Origin: Octopus bimaculoides
Lineage: Eukaryota
Reading direction: 5' to 3'
Assembly (NCBI RefSeq): GCF_001194135.2
Contig: NC_068997.1
Location: 32,185,182 to 32,218,645 of the forward strand
DNA length: 33,464 nucleotides
Within the stretch, counting starts at the first letter, position 1. Each line of letters begins with the position of its first letter. The notes beneath the pieces are model-generated. The model did not search any database. It was not told the origin of the DNA and saw only the letters and a program-made list of their open reading frames with translations. Made by a program: the position numbers and the translations under genes. Shown here one piece after another: positions 21,125 through 32,943 of this stretch.

Positions 21125-22564
21125 TTTATTAACACATACATACATACATGCATACATACATACATACATGTATGTATGGATGGACGATGTATGCACACAT
21201 GTAAGTATGTATGTATGTATGGATGGATGATGTATGCACACATGTATGTATGTATGTATGTTCAACATCTGAACAGTATCCATANNNNNNNNNNNNNNNN
21301 NNNNNNNNNNNNNNNNNNNNNNNNNNNNNNNNNNNNNNNNNNNNNNNNNNNNNNNNNNNNNNNNNNNNNNNNNNNNNNNNNNNNNNNNNNNNNNNNNNNN
21401 NNNNNNNNNNNNNNNNNNNNNNNNNNNNNNNNNNNNNNNNNNNNNNNNNNNNNNNNNNNNNNNNNNNNNNNNNNNNNNNNNNNNNNNNNNNNNNNNNNNN
21501 NNNNNNNNNNNNNNNNNNNNNNNNNNNNNNNNNNNNNNNNNNNNNNNNNNNNNNNNNNNNNNNNNNNNNNNNNNNNNNNNNNNNNNNNNNNNNNNNNNNN
21601 NNNNNNNNNNNNNNNNNNNNNNNNNNNNNNNNNNNNNNNNNNNNNNNNNNNNNNNNNNNNNNNNNNNNNNNNNNNNNNNNNNNNNNNNNNNNNNNNNNNN
21701 NNNNNNNNNNNNNNNNNNNNNNNNNNNNNNNNNNNNNNNNNNNNNNNNNNNNNNNNNNNNNNNNNNNNNNNNNNNNNNNNNNNNNNNNNNNNNNNNNNNN
21801 NNNNNNNNNNNNNNNNNNNNNNNNNNNNNNNNNNNNNNNNNNNNNNNNNNNNNNNNNNNNNNNNNNNNNNNNNNNNNNNNNNNNNNNNNNNNNNNNNNNN
21901 NNNNNNNNNNNNNNNNNNNNNNNNNNNNNNNNNNNNNNNNNNNNNNNNNNNNNNNNNNNNNNNNNNNNNNNNNNNNNNNNNNNNNNNNNNNNNNNNNNNN
22001 NNNNNNNNNNNNNNNNNNNNNNNNNNNNNNNNNNNNNNNNNNNNNNNNNNNNNNNNNNNNNNNNNNNNNNNNNNNNNNNNNNNNNNNNNNNNNNNNNNNN
22101 NNNNNNNNNNNNNNNNNNNNNNNNNNNNNNNNNNNNNNNNNNNNNNNNNNNNNNNNNNNNNNNNNNNNNNNNNNNNNNNNTATATATATATATATATACA
22201 TGTATGTATGTATGTATGTATGTATGTATGTATGTATATAGTGACAACAATAACAATCCTTAGATGGAATTTATAAATATTTTAATGTGTCACTACACGT
22301 GTTTCCACAAATTACATATTCTTAAGATTACATTCCGTATTCCTGGGATGATTACAGTGCAATCCGTAATATCCATGGAGAACGGGTAGATCACGTCCAT
22401 ACATTCATTTCTTCGGGCGAAATAATGTTATTACTATATTTATCGTACGTTATATCGGTACCGTTCAGTGCTACCCAAAAAACTGATATCGCCAATTGGC
22501 ATCATAAGGCAGGCTGCAGCTGGCATAATAGAATAGGAGCTTTTATATGTATATTCAAAATATA

Positions 22565-22604
<40 letters not shown>

Positions 22605-22606
<2 letters not shown>

Positions 22607-23381
22607 TCCCAAAAAATGGAACAAGAACGCAACAAATGGCAATAANNNNNNNNNNNNNNNNNNNNNNNNNNNNNNNNNNNNNNNNNNNNNNNNNNNNNNN
22701 NNNNNNNNNNNNNNNNNNNNNNNNNNNNNNNNNNNNNNNNNNNNNNNNNNNNNNNNNNNNNNNNNNNNNNNNNNNNNNNNNNNNNNNNNNNNNNNNNNNN
22801 NNNNNNNNNNNNNNNNNNNNNNNNNNNNNNNNNNNNNNNNNNNNNNNNNNNNNNNNNNNNNNNNNNNNNNNNNNNNNNNNNNNNNNNNNNNNNNNNNNNN
22901 NNNNNNNNNNNNNNNNNNNNNNNNNNNNNNNNNNNNNNNNNNNNNNNNNNNNNNNNNNNNNGTGAAAACCTTGAGGCAGGAACATAAGAGATGAACATAA
23001 GAGATGAAAGTCATGAGACAGGAATATAAGAGATGCTTCGCGGCCGGCAGTCGAGCCAAGAAGGAAAGCTCATGCTTGACCGAACACCGGTCACGTGGAA
23101 GTAAAAGAGAGAAGTAGAGGGTGGAGGGATTGAAGAATTAGGAGAAGGACGAAAGGTACAAGAGAAATTAGAGGAGGAGGAGAAGTAGGAAAATTAAAGA
23201 AAGAGAAGGCCAAGAAATGTGAGAGAGGGGGAGTGAGAAAAAGAAAAGTGGAAAGAAAGCAGAAAGTAGTAGGGAGACTAAAAGAGTCGTACATAATTTA
23301 GATACATACTTACTTACAATGTGAGCAAAAGTGTATGTATAAAATCCCAAAATGGAACAAGGACGCAACAGACGACAATAA
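22605..23381. repeat. Direct repeat of about 40 bp flanking a purine-rich tract; first copy truncated by a gap
   Basis: AATCCCAAAA(AA)TGGAACAAG(A/G)ACGCAACA(A/G)A(T/C)G(G/A)CAATAA at 22605-22645 and 23343-23381. Confidence 0.65.
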
Positions 23382-24438
23382 AACATCCATACTCATAAAG
23401 ACGATGCAAAGACGGACAGGAATAAATAAAGACGGGTCATTCGCAGTTCTCTCTCATCAGTCAAGTTTCCAAATCATCCTTACAGGTTAAGCCGGTTACA
23501 TTTGACACTGTTCAAATCTGGCTGGCCCCAAAAATCTAAGCTAAGAGCATCAATTTTTTAGTTTTAAAATCTGGCTGGCAGCAGATTTGAATATATATAT
23601 ATATATATATATANNNNNNNNNNNNNNNNNNNNNNNNNNNNNNNNNNNNNNNNNNNNNNNNNNNNNNNNNNNNNNNNNNNNNNNNNNNNNNNNNNNNNNN
23701 NNNNNNNNNNNNNNNNNNNNNNNNNNNNNNNNNNNNNNNNNNNNNNNNNNNNNNNNNNNNNNNNNNNNNNNNNNNNNNNNNNNNNNNNNNNNNNNNNNNN
23801 NNNNNNNNNNNNNNNNNNNNNNNNNNNNNNNNNNNNNNNNNNNNNNNNNNNNNNNNNNNNNNNNNNNNNNNNNNNNNNNNNNNNNNNNNNNNNNNNNNNN
23901 NNNNNNNNNNNNNNNNNNNNNNNNNNNNNNNNNNNNNNNNNNNNNNNNNNNNNNNNNNNNNNNNNNNNNNNNNNNNNNNNNNNNNNNNNNNNNNNNNNNN
24001 NNNNNNNNNNNNNNNNNNNNNNNNNNNNNNNNNNNNNNNNNNNNNNNNNNNNNNNNNNNNNNNNNNNNNNNNNNNNNNNNNNNNNNNNNNNNNNNNNNNN
24101 NNNNNNNNNNNNNNNNNNNNNNNNNNNNNNNNNNNNNNNAAAAAGAAAATGAAAAAAGCAAATTTAAAATGAAAAAAGCAAATAAAACGAAGCTATGGCT
24201 TAATCAGCCAAAGGAGTAATTGTAAACAACTGAATACTTGTCAGTGATTGGTTGAAATTATCGAAATAAGACAATTTTTTACATGAAATAAATTCGAATA
24301 CAAAAATATTTTTCTGTTCTATAACACAAAATAGATAAGTATACGAAGTTTGAAAGTCTTTCGGTACCAAAATCACTACGTAAAACATTAATGAAAAATG
24401 TGGCCCCCGTTTTAAAAAAGATCCTAAATGCCTGTTGA

Positions 24439-24515
24439 GCACTGGGGTCGATGGAGTCTACTTAGTCCCATCCCACGAAAACTGATGGCCTTGTGCCAAA
24501 ATTTGAAGCCAATAT
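24439..24515 (+). mobile_element. SINE family A, 3' end only
   Basis: GCACTGGGGTCGATG...GGCCTTGTGCCAAAATTTGAAGCCAATAT. Confidence 0.75.
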
Positions 24516-25246
24516 GAAACACCTGCAAAACTAAACGTGCTCTACAGAAAGATACATTTACAACAAAATCTATTAGAAATCTCTTGAAGAAATTTTCGAA
24601 AACAAAGTGTTTGCATAATACTTTTTACGCAAGTCCAAAATCACTTGAAAAAATGTGAGAAGAAAAGTCTTGAAAATATTACAAGAAGAGCAAAATCCAA
24701 ATCTCATTGGCCATGACAGTTTCTATTCCGCAAGTAGGAGCTGGTGGAAGACGTTGTGGGATATATGTCAGTGTTGTAATATATGACGGTGCTGCTGCTG
24801 TTGCTGCTGCCGCAGAGACGATGTGCTGTAGGTAAAGATTCTACGTGTAAAAATGGGTGGGAAAAAATAGAGGAAGTGAGCAAGAAAGAGGTGGAGAAAT
24901 ATCCCGGGGCTGTACTGCCATATTGTAGCTGTGATGATTTATTGAATCAATATGGCGACTGTGTTAACGGAGATAGATATGATGTCGCACACTGTCGACC
25001 TTACACATGTGTCTGCGCTTCTGAATGGGTTCTTCTGTATGTATATGTGTATTTAAATGCGAACGTGTGTGTGTCTGCTTATGTGCGTAGTTGGCTGCCA
25101 TTGATATATTAGAGCTGTCTGTTGGGATTGGCTTGAAACAAGGAGAAGCATAAAAGATTCACTTACTATGTTGAAATGAGTCACTGAAACATACATGTGA
25201 ACTAATAGAAACACACAAGCACACACACGCACACACGCACACACAC

Positions 25247-25306
<60 letters not shown>

Positions 25307-25599
25307 AACTAGAAAAAGAGTTGCGCAGAAACAACACTAAACTTATACCCACCCTCCTATCTATAACCCTTTTATTTCGTGTCACATATGGAGTAAAAGC
25401 GTATATGTGTATGAGCGTGTGAGTGTGTGTGTGTGTGAGTGTGTGTGAGTGTGTGTGTGTGTTTATTTATATGTATGTATATGTATATACATATATGTGT
25501 GCGTGCGTGTGTATGTATGCATGTATGCATATATATGTGTGTGTGTGCGTGCGTGTGTGTACGTGTGTGTGCGTGTATATGTGTGCGTATGTGTGTGTG

Positions 25600-25800
25600 T
25601 GTTTTTCCCCCACCAATTCTTGACAACCGGTATTGGCTTGTTTACGTCCCCGAAACCTAGTAGTTCGGCATAAGAGGATTGATTAAAAACCAAGCTTTAA
25701 AAAAATAAGTGCTACGGTCGATTAGTTCGACTAAAATCCCTCAAGGTTGTGCCCCAGCATGGCTGCAGTCTAATGATGGAAACAAGTGAGAGATAAAAGA
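25600..25800 (+). mobile_element. SINE family B, 3' half following a TG-rich tract
   Basis: TTGACAACCGGTATTGG...GTCGATTAGTTCGACTAAAA...CCCCAGCATGGCTGCAGTC...GATAAAAGA. Confidence 0.85.
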
Positions 25801-25815
25801 AAAAAATAAATATAT

Positions 25816-25852
<37 letters not shown>

Positions 25853-26081
25853 CAACCATATATGCATCGACACACGCATATACATGTGTCTGTGCGTGTG
25901 CCTGTTTATGCATATTTGGTCTCGCGTGTACACACACACATCCGCACATACACACACACACACACACAAGCATATATATACCTATACACACACACCTTGT
26001 TTATACGTATATACTCCATACATTATAAGTTATTATTTATAGCTACTTTGCATTTTAGGAACTTCGTAGAAGACATACACG

Positions 26082-26086
<5 letters not shown>

Positions 26087-26177
<91 letters not shown>
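26087..26177. repeat. (CA)n microsatellite, about 45 units
   Basis: Direct reading. Confidence 0.95.
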
Positions 26178-26178
<1 letters not shown>

Positions 26179-26649
26179 TCCCCGCCACACACTTCTATAT
26201 ATGCACATCTATGGCGAACAAAAGACGAAATATCAAAATACAAAAACAAAAACTACAAAAACAATAAAACGGGATATATTTGTAATCAAAATTATTTCCA
26301 GAGAAATGGAAATAGTCGACTGTTATAACTTGAAGCTTGTCTGTGTATTGACCATGGACATTCAATGGCCTGTATGCAAACCGACTCTACGAGGCTTTTG
26401 CGGTAAGACAACTCTTCTTGTTTTTAATTTTTATTCCTCTTTTTTTACCAGTTTCCTCATCTTTCCTCCTCTCTTTCACTCTACAACCTAACCGAAGAAT
26501 CGCAACACCCGGAACGCGGTAGCTATTAATGATTGGCCTGTCTTCATACTTGGAGTACCTCGCATCTTAGATTAAAGTTTCCGGCTCCTATGATTATACA
26601 AATGGACTTCTACCTTGGATTACGTCAAAATCTTTATTTCATATATATG

Positions 26650-26687
<38 letters not shown>

Positions 26688-26900
26688 CGAGGGTCGGCTG
26701 AATAGTTCATAGGCCGACCAAGATACTCGCATGGAATGTGACTAAGTGGGGTTTATTTTTCAACATAGACCCCTTTGCAGTCCACGCACTTCTTCAATTA
26801 GTGTTTCACTGCTTGGATGCCATTGGTGAAGAAGATTTCATACTGTTGGTCAAAAAAGTCATCATCAGTGGTAGACGGACGCATAATGTTCCACATGGAT
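26688..26900 (-). mobile_element. Mariner 3' end (TIR plus transposase C-terminus)
   Basis: TA|CGAGGGTCGGCTGAATAGTTC terminus; the minus strand reads DFFDQQYEIFFTNGIQAVKH*LKKCVDCKGVYVEK*, matching the mariner FY..GI..L..RW.KC...GDYVEK ending. Confidence 0.85.
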
Positions 26901-27329
26901 TCGCTGAAAATGAGGGTCACCGTGGGAAATTTCATCACTAAATGGCAAAGATTGAAGAAAGGTATTATGACGAGGTGCACAGTTTTTGTGATGTTACATG
27001 TGTCGTTCATGAACCTACTACTAGAGGTGAGGGGGAAGCAGTCAAGAAAACACAGGAAATCCAGTTTGGCGGAAGGGGGGAGGGTGTTCATGGACGACAA
27101 CCGTTATGGCACCATCAGCACAAAGGACACGGCAGACATTGAGCTCGCTGGAAAAAAATGACCACATGGTCACTTGAAGTTAAAATCCAACGAAGTCTCG
27201 GAGCATAAATATCTTTAAAAAGGAAAGCTGACAAATAAACATTCAGGGCTTTGTGATTCCGACAATTCAAGAAAAATAAGTCCGCTGTTATGGGGAAAAT
27301 CACGATCATACCTTTGAAGGTATGATCGT

Positions 27330-28810
27330 AAATTTTCTCAAGGTAATGCCGAAGACACCGAAATCAACTAGATTATTGACTGTGGGCAGTTGATAAAAGC
27401 CAGCTACTCGGAAAGTTCAAAGTATGGTGCTTCCAGTATGGCATCATATCCAAACTGCAGTGACCATTTTTGCTATACAACTTTGCCGTGACTCCAGTAG
27501 GAACAATGGATAGTTTGTGTAGTAAGTTCGTGCGAAGGTGACAGGGCGATCCACCAAATTTCAGTTCAGTCATTCTGTATAGCAAGAACTCTAAGGTCCT
27601 CTACCAATTTCGCCACATTGCTTCTGACTGAAGATGAGTACGTCAGACATACCAATAAATCCATAAAGTGTGACAGAAAATGGATACCCCAGGAAGCTGT
27701 AAAGGAAGCAGAAATATACTAGAAACATTATGAGTATGCTGGGGGCGGCTAAGCATTGGCGATTACAACACCAAGAGGAGGAAAAACACCAATATTAGGA
27801 GCAAGAGATAGAGCTCATAGTACAGAGGATCCGTGTGTCAACAGAAGAGGATAGCTGGATAAAGGCAGTAAGGCTTGCCGTTAAGGTTGATAGATGATAG
27901 ATTAGGATCAGGTACTCGAGCGCCCACTGTTCTGAAAGGAACTTTAGAGTACTAACCAGGGAAAATTGTCGTTTCTCCTTCCTACAGTCGCTGATCTTTT
28001 GCCAACCTCCAAAACCTTAAAATATGGGGGGGGGGGGAGATACCCATCCTGCAAGTTGTGCGGAGCAACTCTTAGCACTCTGAATCACATTTTGACTTGA
28101 AGTCCTGGGAGAAGGCCGCTATAAGTCGAGACATGACAAGGTCCTTGCAGAAATTTCCAATGGAATTGATTTGCAAATAGTAAAGGTTAATAAACTCCAG
28201 AAGTGAGTCTTTAATTTCTAAAGGAAGGCGACAAAGGTCCCGAGGCACAAGCATTTGTTGGGGATCCGTTTTCTATTTTGCATTCAGTCCCAGACTGGCT
28301 GACGCAGGTAAAACCTGAAGGGCATACTTGTCTTCCCAGTAGAGACGGTGGTAACATCTCTCCGACCAGACATGTTCCTGCTCTTCATGAATACAAAATC
28401 ATTATAGTCGAACTCGCAGTGTCCTGGGAGGACAGACTCGATATTTAGCACCAGGTAAAGAAAACGTGATATCAGAACTTAATTCACGAAGCCCTTGTCA
28501 AGGGTTAGAAAGTGACCTCTACTCCCCATTGAAGTCATCTGTTGCGACTTGCCTACGGGATCAGTACTCTATTTCCTGCAGAAGATAGGTCTGGAACCCT
28601 GGCAACTGAAGAACAGCCATCAAGGCAGCTGAAACTAGTTCAAGGTAGCTATGGTTGATAAGAGAAGTGGAACCTGTCCATCCGCGAAAACTAGTACATT
28701 CCACGCTGCGTCATTCAGGCGAAGTGTACAGGGTAAGGGGTGAAGCGCTTGTGATCCTGAGATGCTTGCTGACGATAAGGAAGGGTCTCCTGCATTGTGA
28801 TGGATTTAGA
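27330..28810 (+). mobile_element. HERO-like non-LTR retrotransposon (restriction-like endonuclease type), 5'-truncated and decayed
   Basis: Across stops and shifts: GKFKVWCFQYGII..L*PFLLY (27410), RKWIPQEAVKEAE, CKLC...LNHIL zinc knuckle, GRYKSRHDKVLAEI, TSLRPD (CGACCAGAC 28363-28371), IVELAVSWED (28407), IEV.C, ETSSR*LWL; short 3' UTR to about 28800. Confidence 0.85.
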
Positions 28811-28848
28811 AGAGTTTGTAGAAACTCTGAGAAGCTCCTGTAGTTTCT

Positions 28849-29118
28849 TATTTCTTTATTTCCCACAAGGGGTTAAACATAGAGGGAACAAACAAGGACA
28901 GACAGACGGATTAAGTCGATTATATCGACTCCAGTGCGTAACTGGTACTTAATTTATCGACTCCGAAAGGATGAAAGGCAAAGTCGACCTCGGCGGAATT
29001 TAAACTCAGAACGTAACGGCAGACGAAATGCCGCTAAGCATTTCGCTCGGCGTGCTAACGTTTCTACCAGCTCGCCACCAATCTGCCAGCTCGCCACCAA
29101 TCTGCTAGCTCGCCGCCT
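28849..29118 (-). mobile_element. SINE family A, young copy with triplicated 5' head and 13-bp TSD
   Basis: Same tail type as the 11642 copy; TCCTGTAGTTTCT at 28836-28848 and 29135-29147; 19-bp head unit repeated 3 times at 29064-29117. Confidence 0.95.
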
Positions 29119-29959
29119 GTAGTAGGCGGCTTGTTCCTGTAGTTTCTGTGTGAGGCAAAGCATCTCTGATGTTAATTTCACGGAATAATTAATATNNNNN
29201 NNNNNNNNNNNNNNNNNNNNNNNNNNNNNNNNNNNNNNNNNNNNNNNNNNNNNNNNNNNNNNNNNNNNNNNNNNNNNNNNNNNNNNNNNNNNNNNNNNNN
29301 NNNNNNNNNNNNNNNNNNNNNNNNNNNNNNNNNNNNNNNNNNNNNNNNNNNNNNNNNNNNNNNNNNNNNNNNNNNNNNNNNNNNNNNNNNNNNNNNNNNN
29401 NNNNNNNNNNNNNNNNNNNNNNNNNNNNNNNNNNNNNNNNNNNNNNNNNNNNNNNNNNNNNNNNNNNNNNNNNNNNNNNNNNNNNNNNNNNNNNNNNNNN
29501 NNNNNNNNNNNNNNNNNNNNNNNNNNNNNNNNNNNNNNNNNNNNNNNNNNNNNNNNNNNNNNNNNNNNNNNNNNNNNNNNNNNNNNNNNNNNNNNNNNNN
29601 NNNNNNNNNNNNNNNNNNNNNNNNNNNNNNNNNNNNNNNNNNNNNNNNNNNNNNNNNNNNNNNNNNNNNNNNNNNNNNNNNNNNNNNNNNNNNNNNNNNN
29701 NNNNNNNNNNNNNNNNNNNNNNNNNNNNNNNNNNNNNNNNNNCGATTATGTATTTATTTTGCAAGATTCCTGATGTGAAATCGTGCGCTGAAACATATTA
29801 TTTTTCGGGATAGTTTTTTAATTTTTATTGCCAAATTCATAACAATATATTTATGTGTGTGTGTGTGCGCGCACGTCTGTGTGTGCGTGTGTGTATATGT
29901 ATGCATATTTGTTGGTATGTACTACGTAAAATTCTTGTAAAATCGTAAGAATTTTTACA

Positions 29960-31568
29960 TTTGTTAAACGAAGTTTCTACTACACATCTGAAAGTGTCAC
30001 TGATATGGTTGGTCGAAATGTTAGTTTTGTAAAGTAATTTGCAAGAGCTGTTGGTTAACCTCTTGTTTTCCTCCTTCCCCTACATTGTGCTATAAATCAG
30101 GAAGTATTGTGTGCAAACGTAGGGTTTTAAGCTACCGTTGATGAGATGACAGTCGTGACAAAGTTAATTTGATAGCTGTCAGGGCTTGCACGAACGATAA
30201 GTCAAAGTTGAGTTTAAATAAAATTGAATCAGTTTACAATAGATTGCTAATATACAAAAATATATGATGGCTAATATATAATGATGTATGTTGTCTAATA
30301 TACACTTTATGCGTGATGGTTAATATATAATACTGAATGATAGCTAATATACAAAATTAATGATAATTAATATACAAAATGTATGATGACTAATGTACAA
30401 TAATGAGTGATGACCAGTATACAATAATGTATGATGGCTAATATATAATAATGTATAGTGGGCGGATTGTGGCTAAGTATTTGAACAGTTTGTTGAATAT
30501 TTGACTGAAATCAAGCTATGTTTAGCCATGAAAAAAAATAACACTTGATATTTTTTCTTTAGCAATATGGTTTTTCTGGGCTCAATAAAGTTTGCATTTT
30601 CGTCTTTTTGCTTATTTCGAGGATTTTTCATTTCAACTGAATGAACTGAATAGCAAATTGCCACGTTTGAGGAATCTATTGAGGAATGGTTTAAGCTGGA
30701 TCATTGTTTTGAGAGTAAATTCAGAATATTTTAGTGTGATTTAGAAAGTAATGATTTCAAGAAGTGCTCTTGAAGAAACCAACTGTAAGAATCCTGAAAA
30801 ACACGCCAAACGATTTATAGAAATTATTAGGGCAATGACTGAGTAATTTTCTTGTTGATTTTCTACAATTCAGAGATAAAGGAAACAATACAATTTATAT
30901 AAAATATCCTGATGAAGTAGATTTCACGAATCTGAAATTGGATGTGTTTGAGTGGTTGGATTTTAGAGATCTAGAAATGCAGTTAGTCGACTTCCAATCT
31001 AATTCCATCTAATCCTATTTGGAACTGAAAATTCATTATACTAAGAGCTGATTTAAAAGAAATTGAACGCATACATGTACAAATAAGCGTGCACAAGCCA
31101 TTCAGACTGTGAACTTGTGATAGTATTTCTTAAAATTTTGGTCCTCTTAAAATTCTTGCAAAAGCATTATTAATAATTTTCTCAAGAATATATTTGTGAA
31201 ATATTATTCCTAGCACCAAATAACATAAAAATGAACAAGAATATTATTTAGGTGATGCCATGAGTGCTGCTTGTAGAGCATAAAATGTACAAGCTATATT
31301 TCTCCCATCACGAACTCAGCAACAAAATGTAATTAAATTTAAGATAACTTTTAAAATTTCATTTAATTATCTCAGCTCTATAAGTTTTTCTTCAAATTGC
31401 AAGTTTTAATATATTATGCTATATAATTTTATTAATATGTTTGAAAAACAGGTCACTAATCTATAACCATACCTAAAACTAAAAATACATGTACACACCT
31501 CAATAACAGAATTATAAAAGAAAATTAAAATTTCGAACACGTCAGCCTAAAAAGGTTGGCCATCATTG
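29960..31568 (+). mobile_element. hAT transposase pseudogene (GTF2IRD2/EPM2AIP1-like Charlie group) with 3' TIR
   Basis: Fragments DMVG, LHCAINQEVLCA (CxxH-type motif, 30083-30115), FVEYLTEIKL, FQLNELNSKL (30631-30660), DLEMQLVDFQS (30968-31000), LKILAKALL; terminus AAAAAGGTTGGCCATCATTG (31549-31568). Confidence 0.8.
30243..30455. repeat. AT-rich minisatellite of about 24 bp inside the hAT relic
   Basis: About 9 units like ATGATGGCTAATATACAAAATGT. Confidence 0.8.
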
Positions 31569-31771
31569 ATCTGTCCAATTAAATTCTATGTAACCCGATA
31601 TCTACATAGTTATCATATAACAGCCAACGTGTACGTAGTATGTCTTTGTTTTTAAACAGCGTCAAAACATTGTGTCAATCTAGCCTACTGACGTCAATAC
31701 ACAACCTATCCAACCATATGGTGTTAATATAACCTTTTAACATTTTAACAATATTAGTTATCTATCCAACT

Positions 31772-32943
31772 GGGCGTGGCTGTATGGTAAAATGTTTGTT
31801 TCCCAGCCACATGGTTCTCGATTCAGTCCCACTGTAAGGCACCTTGAACGAGTGTCTTCTACTATAGTCTCGGACTGGCCGAAGCACTGTAGCGGATTTA
31901 GTAGAGGGAAACTGAAAGAAGCTCTTCGTATATATATATATATTATATATATATATATANNNNNNNNNNNNNNNNNNNNNNNNNNNNNNNNNNNNNNNNN
32001 NNNNNNNNNNNNNNNNNNNNNNNNNNNNNNNNNNNNNNNNNNNNNNNNNNNNNNNNNNNNNNNNNNNNNNNNNNNNNNNNNNNNNNNNNNNNNNNNNNNN
32101 NNNNNNNNNNNNNNNNNNNNNNNNNNNNNNNNNNNNNNNNNNNNNNNNNNNNNNNNNNNNNNNNNNNNNNNNNNNNNNNNNNNNNNNNNNNNNNNNNNNN
32201 NNNNNNNNNNNNNNNNNNNNNNNNNNNNNNNNNNNNNNNNNNNNNNNNNNNNNNNNNNNNNNNNNNNNNNNNNNNNNNNNNNNNNNNNNNNNNNNNNNNN
32301 NNNNNNNNNNNNNNNNNNNNNNNNNNNNNNNNNNNNNNNNNNNNNNNNNNNNNNNNNNNNNNNNNNNNNNNNNNNNNNNNNNNNNNNNNNNNNNNNNNNN
32401 NNNNNNNNNNNNNNNNNNNNNNNNNNNNNNNNNNNNNNNNNNNNNNNNNNNNNNNNNNNNNNNNNNNNNNNNNNNNNNNNNNNNNNNNNNNNNNNNNNNN
32501 NNNNNNNNNNNNNNNNNNNNNNNNNNNNNNNNNNNNNNNNNNNNNNNNNNNNNNNNNNNNNNNNNNNNNNNNNNNNNNNNNNNNNNNNNNNNNNNNNNNN
32601 NNNNNNNNNNNNNNNNNNNNNNNNNNNNNNNNNNNNNNNNNNNNNNNNNNNNNNNNNNNNNNNNNNNNNNNNNNNNNNNNNNNNNNNNNNNNNNNNNNNN
32701 NNNNNNNNNNNNNNNNNNNNNNNNNNNNNNNNNNNNNNNNNNNNNNNNNNNNNNNNNNNNNNNNNNNNNNNNNNNNNNNNNNNTGTTGGTGTGTTTACGT
32801 CCCCGTAATTTAGCGGTTCGGCAAAAGAGCACAAGACTTAAGAAAAAAAAATATCACTGGGGTCGATTCGATCAACTAAAAATTCTTTAAGGCAGTGCCC
32901 CAGTATGGCCGCAGTCTAATGAGTGAAACAAGTAAAAGATAAA
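31772..32943 (+). mobile_element. SINE family B, near full length, central microsatellite falls in an 824-N gap
   Basis: Head GGGCGTGGCTGTATGGTAA (A-box-like) and GATTCAGTCCC (B-box-like); 3' half resumes at 32784 and ends GAAACAAGTAAAAGATAAA. Confidence 0.85.

Noticed and set aside
30243-30455. Regularly spaced short repeats resembling a CRISPR array (also 5053-5640)
   Set aside because: Units are contiguous and degenerate without unique spacers, there are no cas genes, and the context is eukaryotic.
30909-30935. CTGATGA...GAAA inside the hAT relic
   Set aside because: No UH site or stem I/III follows; it lies within transposase codons and is most likely chance.
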